This document shows positions 50,391-51,629 of a stretch of 51,629 nt of DNA, piece after piece. The DNA comes from Sphaeroforma arctica JP610 (lineage: Eukaryota), in NCBI RefSeq assembly GCF_001186125.1, contig NW_014040397.1:78941-130569 (forward strand). Reading direction: 5' to 3'. The first letter of the stretch is position 1. Every line of letters begins with the position of its first letter. The position numbers were made by a program, and so were the translations under genes. The notes under the pieces were generated by a model. The model was not told the DNA's origin, made no database searches, and saw nothing but the letters and a program-made list of their open reading frames with translations.

Positions 50391-51499
50391 GGCTCTAGAA
50401 CACCCTAAAAAGTCCCTTTCGGCATAGTTAGACGCACCTGTATGAGTATTCCGGACTCTCTTGTCGCCGCAGTGTCTAATTCATCGATGAAACCGAACCA
50501 GTAGATTACCAGTCCAGGGCCATATCTGCAAGTGATAATAAACTCACAGATCAGAAAATAGCTGGAATACAATGGAAGACGGCGTATTGCGCAAAGAAGC
50601 AGCAGCATAAGCTGTCAAATAAACTATTCAGATACGAGTGGGGGGTCTGGAACTAATTGCGTATCCATGGCAACACGACGGAGGACGCATTGGCTCATTA
50701 AATTGCGTAACCATGACAACACAATGCAAGACCCAATGCCACACTATGCTAGTAACACGCGCTATAGCCTGGGTAAACAAGGTCAGGGTCACCAATAGAT
50801 ATGCCTCAGCACTGGCAGACGCAGTGACAAACGTAGGGTCGTCTGTAGGGCACAGTCTCCCATTGCGTTGTGTTGCCAAGAATACGTTTTGCGTGACTTC
50901 CTGTGAGCGTGATGATGTCTTGTCATGTAGCGTACAAGCGATCTACATCTAGGTGTGGCTGTATTCAGTCGTGTGCACTGACTGTGCACCAGTCCGTGTG
51001 GTGTGCTGGTGTTGGCAGCTTGTTAACTGCACACATAAACTACTACCTATTAGAACACGTACCGTCTATACGTGCGTGTGGAACTGATTGGATTAGAAAC
51101 TTGCGGCATCGTATCTGTTGATAGAAGTTCCCATCCACGTATATGTACGGGTGGAACGCATGCGCTTATATTACTATTTACGTATGCGGAAAACGAATCT
51201 GGATTGAAAACGTTGCTGCACCACACCTATTTATATATGCAGAAGACCGATCCGGGTTGAAAGCATGCGTTTACGTACCGATTCACGCATGCGGACAACG
51301 GGTCCCGGTTAAACGCATGTGAATACGTACCGGTTTACGTATGCGTAAAACTGGTCCAGGTTGAACGCATGGGTCTGCCTGTCGCCGAAGGATGCCTTGC
51401 TCTCAATCCAGCTGATGATATGTCCCCCCGTCCTCACCGGTACGTCGAGTAGAACGTCTGGTGTTTTGGGGAAGTTTTCCCGTTTTAACTCTTCTTCTC
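49565..51499 (-). CDS. CDIN1: CDIN1/C15orf41-like PD-(D/E)xK nuclease, last three exons (51499-51331, 50525-50438, 49603-49565); 5' part lies beyond the window
   Basis: Spliced translation [97 protein letters not shown]. It matches the C15orf41 C-terminus blocks [18 protein letters not shown] and [17 protein letters not shown]. Junction phases are compatible. Confidence 0.92.
50030..50390. repeat. Compound (CA)n/(CT)n/(TA)n microsatellite in the CDIN1 last intron
   Basis: Direct observation. Confidence 0.9.
51175..51372 (-). repeat. About 4 degenerate copies of a ~52-bp unit comprising a CDIN1 exon 3' end and donor site
   Basis: tttacgtatgcg..aa..gg.cc.ggtt.aa.gcatg recurs at about 51177, 51230, 51282 and 51334; the last copy is the true exon end. 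Confidence 0.75.
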
Positions 51500-51629
51500 C
51501 TATTTGAAACCAGATTGAACGTCCATGTTACATCGATTATAGAACGAATAATAATAACAATTCGTAATTTAGGTCACGCATATGCCTAACAAAACGCAGG
51601 GTATTTGATAAAAGAGCAACTCTGGTATA

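Overview
Eukaryotic, intron-rich genomic DNA with GT-AG introns, (TA)n/(CA)n microsatellites and small N gaps. Gene style suggests a unicellular holozoan such as an ichthyosporean (inference only). Spliced genes reconstructed by hand: (1) a FUT8/GT23-like fucosyltransferase on + (about 1001-5268, ends uncertain, mostly invisible in the ORF track); (2) a plant-type 2H cyclic phosphodiesterase on -; (3) endoplasmin/GRP94 ending in HEEL on +; (4) a roughly 16-exon ZFC3H1/Red1-like nuclear exosome adaptor on -; (5) ZNF207/BUGZ on +, head-to-head with ZFC3H1; (6) the last three exons of a CDIN1/C15orf41 homologue on -. The outlier is a roughly 9 kb block (39.7-48.8 kb) bounded by long (TA)n tracts. 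It carries two intronless, diverged paralogous SLIP-GC/NUGGC-type dynamin-superfamily GTPases arranged head-to-head, each with a basic C-terminal NLS-like tail. The 4 kb spacer between them is packed with hairpins, palindromes, GACATGT motif clusters and micro-duplications. A second recurring pattern is tandem duplication of splice-site-containing segments inside introns of three different genes.
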